A DNA stretch of 64,000 bases from NCBI GenBank assembly GCA_026004395.1, contig BPJB01000001.1, forward strand, positions 391,343 to 455,342. Reading direction: 5' to 3'. How positions within the stretch are numbered: position 1 is the first letter of the stretch; every line of letters starts with the position of its first letter. The position numbers were made by a program, and so were the translations under genes. Shown here one piece after another: positions 19,652 through 28,889 of the stretch. The DNA is from Patescibacteria group bacterium. GTDB taxonomy: Bacteria > Patescibacteriota > Microgenomatia > Levybacterales > UBA12049. The notes beneath the pieces are model-generated. The model was given only the letters and a program-made list of their open reading frames with translations, was not told the DNA's origin and made no database searches.

Positions 19652-21985
19652 ATGTTAAAATATAAGACAAAAATTTTAAAAATAATCAACATATTAACTA
19701 TAATTTTTATAATACTTCTGCCATATTATATTTTTGGTGGTAAATTATTTATTGGTGGGGATGATACTAGGTTATTTTATATTTATCCTTACGAATGGCT
19801 AAAAAATATTTCATTTTTTTCATGGTTTCATTTCTCTTCAGTCGGCTTGGAAAATCCCAATCAAGCTATACTTCCTTTATTGATAATATTTTTATTTTTA
19901 AAGATGATTATTAATTCCAGTATAGTTATTGATTACCTTGCTTTTTCTTTACCCTTAATTCTCGGATTTGTTTTTTTTCAAAAGCTGATACAACAACTTC
20001 TATCTAAAACAAATTCTAATACTCGATTGATAACTTATACAGGATCGTTATTTTATATTTTTTCACCCATTTTAATACAAAATCAATTATCAATTTTTCT
20101 TTATTCAGTTTGGTTAATTGGTTTATTTCCTATTATAGGGTATTTCTTTATTCGTTATTTAAAGACTGAAAGTATTCTGTTTATATTTTTAAATATCATA
20201 ATAAGTACAATTTTTTCTGTATCTTTGTCTTCTATTCCTTGGGTATTAGGATTAATTTTGCCTTTAATAATAGGATTTCTGTTTGGATTATTTCTTTTTA
20301 ATAAAACTGAAATAGTATTTTTTCTAAAAAAATCAATAATTTTTTTGGGAATACTTCTGCTTTCTCAGTCATTCTGGGTTTTGCCTTTAATAACTAATCT
20401 TATTAGTGTTAAAAACAACAGCTTTATTGGCAACATTTTTTCTCCTCAATTTGGTAGTAGTTTTGTTCCAACTGTTTTAGCAACTGCTAATGGAAATATC
20501 ATATTTCCACTCTTGAATCTTCCTCATAGACAAATCGCTTTTGATTTTAACTGGAATGTTAAGAGTGTTTTTATTGATCACTACGATAGATTTTATTTAC
20601 TAAATATTATTTTTATACTTATTGTTTTTTATGGTCTATTTTATAGTAAAAAGTTCTTAAATAGTTTGGAGCAAAAAATATATTTAGTTCTTTTTCTTGC
20701 ATTCTTGTCATCATTATTTTTTTACACAGTAAATATAGGTATATTGAAACCTTTTTTCCTTTTTTTAGGATATATTCCTGGTTTTGTTATGTTTAGAAAC
20801 TTTTATGATAAATTTGCTTTAGGATATGTTTTCCTCTATGCATTAATCTTTACAATTTCACTTGTCATTTTTCAAAGGAGTATTATTAAAAAAAATATTT
20901 TGTTAATGATAAATATTCTAGTATTGTTGATTATTTATATTAATATAATACCAATTAAGAAAATTATTTATGTACCCATCTGGACTACACATAATACTTA
21001 CAGTAATATAAATCTTCCTCAAGAATACATAAATTTTATGAATGAAGTAAAAAGCAAATTAACTTCAAGTTCCAAGATCTTAAGTCTTCCTTTGAATGTA
21101 GCAAGTTATACACTAATTAAAGATGATAATTCTAATAATATTTTTGCTGGTAGATCTCCTGTCCAATTATTTACTGGAATAAATGATTTTTCAGGAGAAT
21201 TGTCTTTTCCTCGAGAAGAAACTGCTAAGCTTTACGACTACTTTAAAAAAAGAGATTACTTTAATCTTGAAAGGTTCTTATATAAATATAATATAAATTA
21301 TATATTTGTAACTAGAAATATACCCGATGATCTCTTGGAATCTTATCTTTACAAAAAAGAATTAACAAAGTATCAGGAGGAAATGAGTCTATCGCAAATT
21401 TTAGATAAAAAAATTGTAGAAAGTGAGAATGGGAATTACGTTCTTTATTCAACAAGGATAAAAAATACAGCTTTAAGTTCTAATAATCTAATTTTTCAAA
21501 AAATAAATAATGTAAAATATAAACTATATATAAAAAAATTAAAAAATCCTCAACAATTAGTCTTTCATGATTCATATCATGATGGATGGAGATTGTTTCT
21601 TGTAAAAAACCCATCGCTAAAATGGTGTAATGAAAAAAGGCATTTTGATAAAATAAAGATTAATATTATTGAATGCAATCAAGGATTTGATTTTTTTAAT
21701 CTCTCAGATATTTTTAGATCATTTCAGAAAAGCGTTTTTGATAATTCCCATACTTTATTTAATAATTTTTCCAATAAATGGATTATTGATCCTTTAGTGG
21801 TCAAAGAAAATTTTAGTAGAGATTTCTATAAAACTAATCAAGATGGAAGCTATGATCTTGAGATGGAATTGTATTTTGTGCCTCAAAATCATTTTTATTT
21901 TGGTGCTATTTTAAGTATAGTAACTATTACAGGAGTTATATTTTTTTATTTCTTTCGTCTTGAGAGAAAGATATCTAAAAAATGA
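19652..21985 (+). CDS. very large polytopic membrane protein (about 450 aa TM region, soluble domain, C-terminal TM anchor); possible GT-C glycosyltransferase or polymerase; paralog of the next gene
   Basis: 777 aa. C-terminal block YHDGWRLFLVKN...DGSYDLEMELYFVPQNHFYFGAILSIV is similar to the C-terminus of 21982-24117. Confidence 0.4.
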   Translation: MLKYKTKILKIINILTIIFIILLPYYIFGGKLFIGGDDTRLFYIYPYEWLKNISFFSWFHFSSVGLENPNQAILPLLIIFLFLKMIINSSIVIDYLAFSLPLILGFVFFQKLIQQLLSKTNSNTRLITYTGSLFYIFSPILIQNQLSIFLYSVWLIGLFPIIGYFFIRYLKTESILFIFLNIIISTIFSVSLSSIPWVLGLILPLIIGFLFGLFLFNKTEIVFFLKKSIIFLGILLLSQSFWVLPLITNLISVKNNSFIGNIFSPQFGSSFVPTVLATANGNIIFPLLNLPHRQIAFDFNWNVKSVFIDHYDRFYLLNIIFILIVFYGLFYSKKFLNSLEQKIYLVLFLAFLSSLFFYTVNIGILKPFFLFLGYIPGFVMFRNFYDKFALGYVFLYALIFTISLVIFQRSIIKKNILLMINILVLLIIYINIIPIKKIIYVPIWTTHNTYSNINLPQEYINFMNEVKSKLTSSSKILSLPLNVASYTLIKDDNSNNIFAGRSPVQLFTGINDFSGELSFPREETAKLYDYFKKRDYFNLERFLYKYNINYIFVTRNIPDDLLESYLYKKELTKYQEEMSLSQILDKKIVESENGNYVLYSTRIKNTALSSNNLIFQKINNVKYKLYIKKLKNPQQLVFHDSYHDGWRLFLVKNPSLKWCNEKRHFDKIKINIIECNQGFDFFNLSDIFRSFQKSVFDNSHTLFNNFSNKWIIDPLVVKENFSRDFYKTNQDGSYDLEMELYFVPQNHFYFGAILSIVTITGVIFFYFFRLERKISKK

Positions 21986-24117
21986 AAAATTCAATTTTCT
22001 ATATATTTATTTCTATCTTAATCTCCATGGCAGTATATTTTCCTCTGCTTAGTTTTCATATTTTCACATATTCTGATTGGGTTTTTTATTTTAGTAAAAC
22101 ATTGAAAGAGTTAGGTGAATTCTCTGTCTGGAATTCATTTTTTAATTTTGGATCTATAGATTTTCTATTCTGGAATTGGCCTTTACATGTTCTTTTTAGC
22201 CTGATTGGTTCATTTGGTTATGATTTCAATATAGTTGATAAATTATTGATATTTTGGCCAATGATTTTTGCCCTTCCCATTGGAAGTTATTTTTTAGTAA
22301 AGAAAATTATTCATTCTAATATTGGAGCTTTTATTGGTTCATTAATTTTGTCATATAATACATATTTTCTAAGTATTAATACACAAGGTCATGAGTTATT
22401 GACATTAGGATTTGTTCTTTCGATATTTGCTTTAATTTTTTTTATCAAGATTATTGAGGAAAAAAAAGTAATTTATTCTGCTGTATTTTTAATTAATTTG
22501 TTTTGGGTAGGAGTTTATGACTTGCGTAGTCTTTATATAATTTTAGCTGTTATTATTTTTTATTTGATCTATCTTTTAGTCTTTATTAATAATTATGCAA
22601 TAAAAAAGAAAACAATTTTATTGCCTGTTTTATCCTTATTTTTACTTATTTTTCTAAATTTATATTGGGTTTTGCCTATATTATCCATATCAGCATTAAC
22701 ATCTAATGAAAATTTAGGTAGATTGATCAGTTTTTCTGATTTTTATAGGCTGCAGCATGCAATAACCCTCCATTTTCCATTTTGGACCAATAGCATTCCT
22801 AAATGGGAGAAATTTATCCCTATTCCATGGTATTTTTGGTTATATCCTGTATTTGCGATTTTGGGACTTGTTGTAAATAAAAAAAATTTAAATATAATCT
22901 TCTTCGCAATACTTGCAGTAATAGGAATTTTACTTACAAAACAGCTGCATATTCCATTTGATAACTTGTACGAATTTTTATATAAAAATCTACTTGGATT
23001 TAATGCCTTCCGTGAGGCTAGTAAATTTTATTTTCTTATTGCTTTAGGATATTCAGTATTAATTGGTAGCTTAGCTGCATATGTATCAACTCACTGGAAC
23101 AAAAATAAATTGCAAAGATTTGGGAAATATAATCTAATTACTATATTATTTTTTTTACCGATCTGGAATACTATTCCTTATTTAACACGAGAAATTGATT
23201 CTCTTTTTGTTCCTAAGAGACTTCCAAATGATTTTAAAATTACCAAAAATTTTATTTTTGACCAAGAAGATTACTTTAGAACTTTTTGGATTCATCCTAG
23301 TGGAAGATGGGTTCTTTCTTCTGTAGATCATCCATTAATTGATGCTGAGGTGGTCATGAAAAACAACTGGAGTTCATTTTTACCACTCCAGTTTAATTCA
23401 CGTGAGAAAAAAGGAAAAATTCTTCTTCAGAATTTAAAAGATAAAAACACTGATAAACTTCTTGATCTTGCATCCACAAAATATGTCATGGTGCTACTAG
23501 ATGATTATGAAACAGGAGATTATATAGCAAAGGCAATAGGTGTATCAAAAAAATATGTATTAAATGAAATGGATAAAATAAATTATTTAAGAAAAATAAA
23601 TATCGGTACACAAGATATTTTACTCTATGAAAATTTCAATTTTAGACCTCATTTTTATACTACCTATCAGATAGAGAATATTAATTCTGAGATTCCTTAT
23701 AAAAAAGTAGAGTACAAAAGAATCAGTTCATCAGAATATGAAGTAATACTTAAGGGAGTGTCCAGACCTTTATACTTACATTTTACTGAAGCATATCACC
23801 CAGAGTGGGTATTAAGAATTGGTGATTTTAACATCCTAAATACAATTATTAAGAAAGATTATTTTTTATCTAATAAATATCATTTTGCAAATATTGCTGG
23901 ATTAAATTCATTTTTGATTGATTCAAAATTTATATGTAAAAATAATGATGTATGTAAAAAAAATTCTGATGGAAATTATGATTTGAAATTAACTGTTTTT
24001 TTCAAACCGCAAGCATATGCTTATTTAGGAATATCATTAGCTATATTTTCTTTTGTAGCGCTATTTATATTAATTATGATTATAATTAGTAATAAAAGAA
24101 TTTCTTATGATTTTTGA
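21982..24117 (+). CDS. very large polytopic membrane protein, tandem paralog of 19652-21985
   Basis: 711 aa. C-terminal YHPEWVLRIGD...DGNYDLKLTVFFKPQAYAYLGISLAIF. ATGA start/stop overlap with the upstream gene. Confidence 0.4.
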   Translation: MKNSIFYIFISILISMAVYFPLLSFHIFTYSDWVFYFSKTLKELGEFSVWNSFFNFGSIDFLFWNWPLHVLFSLIGSFGYDFNIVDKLLIFWPMIFALPIGSYFLVKKIIHSNIGAFIGSLILSYNTYFLSINTQGHELLTLGFVLSIFALIFFIKIIEEKKVIYSAVFLINLFWVGVYDLRSLYIILAVIIFYLIYLLVFINNYAIKKKTILLPVLSLFLLIFLNLYWVLPILSISALTSNENLGRLISFSDFYRLQHAITLHFPFWTNSIPKWEKFIPIPWYFWLYPVFAILGLVVNKKNLNIIFFAILAVIGILLTKQLHIPFDNLYEFLYKNLLGFNAFREASKFYFLIALGYSVLIGSLAAYVSTHWNKNKLQRFGKYNLITILFFLPIWNTIPYLTREIDSLFVPKRLPNDFKITKNFIFDQEDYFRTFWIHPSGRWVLSSVDHPLIDAEVVMKNNWSSFLPLQFNSREKKGKILLQNLKDKNTDKLLDLASTKYVMVLLDDYETGDYIAKAIGVSKKYVLNEMDKINYLRKINIGTQDILLYENFNFRPHFYTTYQIENINSEIPYKKVEYKRISSSEYEVILKGVSRPLYLHFTEAYHPEWVLRIGDFNILNTIIKKDYFLSNKYHFANIAGLNSFLIDSKFICKNNDVCKKNSDGNYDLKLTVFFKPQAYAYLGISLAIFSFVALFILIMIIISNKRISYDF

Positions 24118-24775
24118 ATTTTTAAAACATAAGTGGGTAAAATGGGGATTTGTTCCATTTTCTTTTTTAATGCTTTGGCTCGGATTGTCTTTATACAATA
24201 TCAGAGCAGAATCTGGATTTACTGTATTAATTTATCAACATGGTAAAGAAAATTTTAGTAATTTTAATAGCCGTCAAATTCTAGCAAAAGAAAAAAGGAT
24301 TGGAGAGTTTAGAGCACAGTACGATTATCTAGGTATTGTTGCCGTAAAATTTAATACTTTTTCTAAAATTAACGATGATTATCTTTTATTTCGGATAAAA
24401 GAGAAAGGGAGTAATAAATGGTATTATGAGAATAAATATAAAGTTGATCAATTTCAGAATAATCAGTTATTCCCATTTGGTTTTCCCGTAATTGCTGATT
24501 CATTTGGTAAAACTTATGTATTTGAGATTGAATCATTGCATGGTGAATCAGGAAATGCAGTAGCTCTAAGTTCTATAGATCCTGTATTTGTTACAAAATA
24601 TCAATACCCAAGCAAAGAAATACTCGGTAATATTAATAAAGCTACATCTTTTTTAAAGATAAAATTAATCAATTCATTTTCTAATAAAGCTTTTTTGATA
24701 TCATCTGTCAGTATATTTATTACCGTTAATAGCATATATTCTTTATCAGCTTTATTTTCAGAAGTACTTATCTAA
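24107..24775 (+). CDS. hypothetical protein with N- and C-terminal hydrophobic segments
   Basis: ORF only; no recognisable motif. Confidence 0.3.
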   Translation: MIFEFLKHKWVKWGFVPFSFLMLWLGLSLYNIRAESGFTVLIYQHGKENFSNFNSRQILAKEKRIGEFRAQYDYLGIVAVKFNTFSKINDDYLLFRIKEKGSNKWYYENKYKVDQFQNNQLFPFGFPVIADSFGKTYVFEIESLHGESGNAVALSSIDPVFVTKYQYPSKEILGNINKATSFLKIKLINSFSNKAFLISSVSIFITVNSIYSLSALFSEVLI

Positions 24776-24791
24776 GAAATACTATCTTGTA

Positions 24792-25139
24792 TTGTTTCCT
24801 GTATTTTTGCTAATTATAGAAAGTTTAATAGTAAATAACACTAATGATTTAATTGTTATTATACTAACTCTTTTAACTGCCACAGTTTTTCTTAGTTATA
24901 AAATTGAAAGTAGTGTAACTTTATCCTTTGTCTTGTTATTTTTGATTGCTGCACCCATTATGTTTTCTATTGGGGAGAAACAGATAGCTGAAAATTTTTC
25001 GATGTGGGCATATATGTTGTTATGGATAGGATTAATTCAGATGCTTTGGGAAGTAAAAAAAGGAAAAAAAGATCTAATAGATTATCGTGTGTTCTGGAAG
25101 AGATTATGGAACATTATTAGTTATCTCAAAAAAAGTTGA
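24792..25139 (+). CDS. small 3-4 TM membrane protein, possible GtrA-like flippase component
   Basis: 115 aa, three to four hydrophobic helices, lying immediately upstream of a GtrB-like polyprenyl-phosphate glycosyltransferase. Assignment is by size and context only. Confidence 0.25.
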   Translation: MFPVFLLIIESLIVNNTNDLIVIILTLLTATVFLSYKIESSVTLSFVLLFLIAAPIMFSIGEKQIAENFSMWAYMLLWIGLIQMLWEVKKGKKDLIDYRVFWKRLWNIISYLKKS

Positions 25140-25334
25140 AAGGCATAGCATATAGTATATGCAGTTACTGCAATATCAGATGGATTAGATGATTAGAGCT
25201 ATATTTCTTGCTCTTTTCAAAAATAATAATTTTTTGTTATTCAACACTAGTAAAGAGAAAAATTTAATACAAGAAAAGTTTCATTTCATAGTTCAAAGTT
25301 AAAGTCCAATATTCTTCAATTCAAAAGATAAAAA

Positions 25335-25343
25335 TGCTACAAT
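25335..25343 (+). promoter_or_regulatory. candidate extended -10 promoter element (TGcTACAAT) with weak -35 TTCAAT 17 nt upstream
   Basis: Sequence read directly in a 210-nt AT-rich intergenic region just upstream of 25350/25368. Confidence 0.25.
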
Positions 25344-25349
25344 ACTCGA

Positions 25350-26315
25350 GTGAAAAGAGTTGAATCTATGATCAGTGTTGTTGTCCCTGTATTCAACGAA
25401 GAGGAGAGTCTGAATGATTTTTATAAAGAACTTATAAAATATTTGCCGAAACTCTCTGAAAATTACGAAATAATCTTTATTGATGATGGGTCAACAGATA
25501 CCTCTTTTGCTATTCTTAAGCGTCTTGAGAAAAAAGACAAGCATATTCGTATTTTTTCCTTAAGACGCAATATTGGTAAAGCAGAAGCTCTATCTCTTGG
25601 TTTTTATAAAGCGCGGGGTGATATTATTGTGACTCTTGATGCGGATCTTCAAGATCAGCCATCTGAGATACAAAAGCTCTTAAATATTCATCAAACAAAA
25701 GGAATTGATGTGGTATGTGGTTGGAGAAAAAACCGCAAGGATAAATCAAAGATGAAGATTATAAGTAAATTATTTAATATTGTTGTTAGAAAATTGTTTG
25801 ATGTTAATATTCATGATTACAATTGCGGTCTCAAACTCTACACTAAAGAGGCTGCCAAAAGTTTGAGGCTATACGGTGGCATGCATAGATTTATTCCTGT
25901 TCTTGTATATGAAATGGGTTTTTCTGTTGATGAAGTACCTGTAAGGCATGAAATGAGAAAATTTGGCAAATCCAAGTATGGATTTTCCAAGATCTTTAAA
26001 GACATGCCTGATATGTTCACCATGCTTTTTTTGGTTCGTTATATGAATCGTCCACTTCATTTTTTTGGCATTGCTGGAGGAGTATTGGCATTTATTGGAG
26101 TTGCAATCCTTACTTATCTTAGTGTTTTGCGTTTTATGGGTGAGAGGATTGGTACAAGACCGCTTTTATTTTTGGGGATACTTTTAGTACTTGTTGGAAT
26201 ACAAATATTTTTTACTGGTTTTCTTGCAGAGCTTATGATAAATGTTGCACATAGAGAAAGGATGAACTATCCAATCAAGTATCAAACTGGTGACGTAGAC
26301 AGTAAAATCAAGTAG
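25350..26315 (+). CDS. polyprenyl-phosphate glycosyltransferase, GtrB/ArnC/DPM1-like GT2 with two C-terminal TM helices
   Basis: VVVPVFNEE...IIFIDDGSTDTS and TLDADLQD motifs plus C-terminal helices (FGIAGGVLAFIGVAIL, LLFLGILLVLVGIQIFF). The true start may be the internal ATG at 25368. Confidence 0.75.
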   Translation: MKRVESMISVVVPVFNEEESLNDFYKELIKYLPKLSENYEIIFIDDGSTDTSFAILKRLEKKDKHIRIFSLRRNIGKAEALSLGFYKARGDIIVTLDADLQDQPSEIQKLLNIHQTKGIDVVCGWRKNRKDKSKMKIISKLFNIVVRKLFDVNIHDYNCGLKLYTKEAAKSLRLYGGMHRFIPVLVYEMGFSVDEVPVRHEMRKFGKSKYGFSKIFKDMPDMFTMLFLVRYMNRPLHFFGIAGGVLAFIGVAILTYLSVLRFMGERIGTRPLLFLGILLVLVGIQIFFTGFLAELMINVAHRERMNYPIKYQTGDVDSKIK

Positions 26316-26402
26316 TACTAAGCACAAAATTATTGGGAGGAAGGGATTCGTTCTGCTTTTACTTTATTCTTTTTTTCAACTTCTTTATACTAAATTAGCA
26401 GT

Positions 26403-26936
26403 ATGAAAATTGGTATTGATATTTCTCAGCTTGCATATTCGAATACTGGAGTTGCCAATTATTTTCATAACCTTCTTCAAAATCTTATTGCTGTAGACGA
26501 GCAAAATGAATATATTCTTTTTTATTCTTCATTAAGAAGAAAGCTAGATGATTCAATAATTAAATCATTAATTAATTCTCGGGTTAAACTGAAAAAATTT
26601 AGATTTCCGCCAATTTTGTTGGACTTGCTTTGGAACAAACTTCATATAGCGCCGATTGAGTGGTTTGTGGGAGATGTTGATGTATTTATTACCTCTGATT
26701 GGACAGAGCCGCCTGTTATAAAAGCTAAAAAGGTAACTATACTTTATGATTTAATCGTTTATAAATATCCTCAAGAAACTACTGCAAAAATTATTAAGAC
26801 ACAAAAAAGCAAACTTAAATGGGTTAGAAAAGAGGCAGATGCGATTCTTTGCATTTCTGAGTCTACAAAAAAAGATGCGTCTGAGATACTTGGTATAGAT
26901 CAAAAACGTCTTCATCTTGTGTATCCGGGAGTATAG
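26403..26936 (+). pseudogene. truncated family 4 glycosyltransferase (N-terminal domain only)
   Basis: 177 aa matching the GT4 N-terminal domain (MKIGIDISQL...). The ORF stops at the VYPG hinge where the C-terminal Rossmann domain should begin, and a full-length GT4 follows 90 nt downstream. Confidence 0.45.
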
Positions 26937-27026
26937 TTGATAGAAAGGGATGGCTGTTAAGTATAAAGGATAATAGATTAATAAGAGAAGTACAAAAAAG
27001 ATCTTAACTTAAATATATATTCTAAT

Positions 27027-28124
27027 ATGATAATTGGTATTGATGGCAATGAAGCCAATGTGGAAAAGAAAGTAGGTATCAGCGAGTATGTTTATGAATT
27101 GCTATTGCAATTTAATAAAATGCAGGGTGGTAATGTACGATTTGAAATTTATTTGAAAAACAGTCCAAGAGATGATCTTCCCTCTGTAGGAAAAAATTGG
27201 CATTATCATGTTTTTGGTCCACGTAAATTATGGACGCAATTCGCCTTACCTCTTAGACTCTATATAGCCAGAAATCGGCCTGATGTTTTTTTCTCTCCTG
27301 GACATTATGCACCACGATTTTCACCAGTACCTCAAGTAATATCTATCATGGATTTGGCATTTTTTCATTTTCCAGAATATTTCACTAGAAAAGATCTTGC
27401 TCAGCTTAAGAGTTGGACAGAGTATTCTGTTAGAAAAGCAGATGCAATTATTACCATTAGTCATGCTTCAAAAGATGATATAATCAAAAAATACACTATT
27501 CCTGAGGAGAAAATCTATGTTATTTATCCGGGTATTAAAGCGGAAATGACCCTGCAACATTCTGTCTCTGCTATGAATGAACTAAAAGCAAAATATTCAC
27601 TTTCTGAGAAATATATTCTTTTTGTGGGAACTCTTCAGCCTCGCAAAAATATCTCACGTTTGATTGAGGCATTCTCAATTTTATCCAAAAAAAGAGCTTT
27701 CTCAGATATAGAGCTTGTCATTGTCGGCAAAAAAGGATGGAGTTATGAGGATATATTGCAAGCTCCTAAGAAATTTGCTGTTGAGGATCGTGTTAAATTT
27801 CTTGATTTTGTACCTGATGAGGATCTGCCACTTTTGTACCACCACGCTCAGTGTTTTGTGCTACCCAGCCTGTATGAGGGGTTTGGTCTTCCAGTTCTTG
27901 AGGCCATGAAGCATGACTGTCCTGTAATTACAAGTAACGTCAGTAGTCTTCCTGAAGCAGGAGGAGATGCGGCAGTTTATATTGATCCCTTATCAGTTAG
28001 TGATATTGCAGAAAAACTAGAAAAGGTTTTGTCAGATAAAAATCTTCGTAATACAATGATAGAGAGAGGCCGAAGACAGATTCAAAAATTTAGTTGGGAG
28101 AAGGCAGCTACAGGAGACGCTTAA
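27027..28124 (+). CDS. family 4 glycosyltransferase
   Basis: EGFGLPVLEAMKHDCPVITSNVSSLPEAGGDAAVY motif. Confidence 0.8.
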   Translation: MIIGIDGNEANVEKKVGISEYVYELLLQFNKMQGGNVRFEIYLKNSPRDDLPSVGKNWHYHVFGPRKLWTQFALPLRLYIARNRPDVFFSPGHYAPRFSPVPQVISIMDLAFFHFPEYFTRKDLAQLKSWTEYSVRKADAIITISHASKDDIIKKYTIPEEKIYVIYPGIKAEMTLQHSVSAMNELKAKYSLSEKYILFVGTLQPRKNISRLIEAFSILSKKRAFSDIELVIVGKKGWSYEDILQAPKKFAVEDRVKFLDFVPDEDLPLLYHHAQCFVLPSLYEGFGLPVLEAMKHDCPVITSNVSSLPEAGGDAAVYIDPLSVSDIAEKLEKVLSDKNLRNTMIERGRRQIQKFSWEKAATGDA

Positions 28125-28233
28125 AATATTACAAAAAGTTTATCAACAGAGAGAATAAGAATTAGCATATTTTAAATACTTTTAAATATTTTGAGGTTTG
28201 GATATTTTATACAAAGATAATTTTTAACAACAT

Positions 28234-28785
28234 ATGCAGAGGATTAAAAGAAGAATTCTGACAGTAATTAATGAATTTATTATATTTTGGCTTCATCTTG
28301 TAAGTGTTATTCCATCTCATTTTTTGCGAAGGTTTTTTTATCGCCTTGCAGGTATAAAAATAGGTAAGGGCTCTACTATTCATACAGGGGCAAGATTTTA
28401 TTATCCCAAAAATATCAGTATTGGTGATGATAGTATCATTGGAGAAGGAGTTGTTTTAGATGGACGTGGAAAACTTGTTATTGGTAATCATGTGGCATTC
28501 GCATCAGAAGTGATGGTTTACAATGCAGAGCATAATATTCAGAGTGAAAATTTTGAAGCAATAAATGAGGATGTGATTATTGATGACTATGTTTTCATAG
28601 GACCGCGGGCTATCATTCTTCCTGGAGTCCATATTGGTAAAGGTGCTGTTATTGCAGCCGGTGCAGTAGTTACCAAAGATGTTCCTCCTCTAACTATCGT
28701 TGGAGGTGTTCCTGCCAAAGTAATTGGAGAAAGAAAAGTGGCAAATCTTAACTATCGTTTGGGAAGGGCTGCATGGTTTCGTTGA
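28234..28785 (+). CDS. hexapeptide-repeat (left-handed beta-helix) O-acetyltransferase, WcaF/maltose-acetyltransferase-like
   Basis: Repeated [LIV]-G-x-x-x-x-I hexapeptides ([53 protein letters not shown]). Confidence 0.6.
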   Translation: MQRIKRRILTVINEFIIFWLHLVSVIPSHFLRRFFYRLAGIKIGKGSTIHTGARFYYPKNISIGDDSIIGEGVVLDGRGKLVIGNHVAFASEVMVYNAEHNIQSENFEAINEDVIIDDYVFIGPRAIILPGVHIGKGAVIAAGAVVTKDVPPLTIVGGVPAKVIGERKVANLNYRLGRAAWFR

Positions 28786-28889
28786 ATTTATCCTCTTTTA
28801 CAAGTTTCACTAAAGTACGCTAAAATAATTAATAATATAGTTATTTTGTAGCAAAATTTTGGATAGAGGATAAGTATCTATTTATTAAG

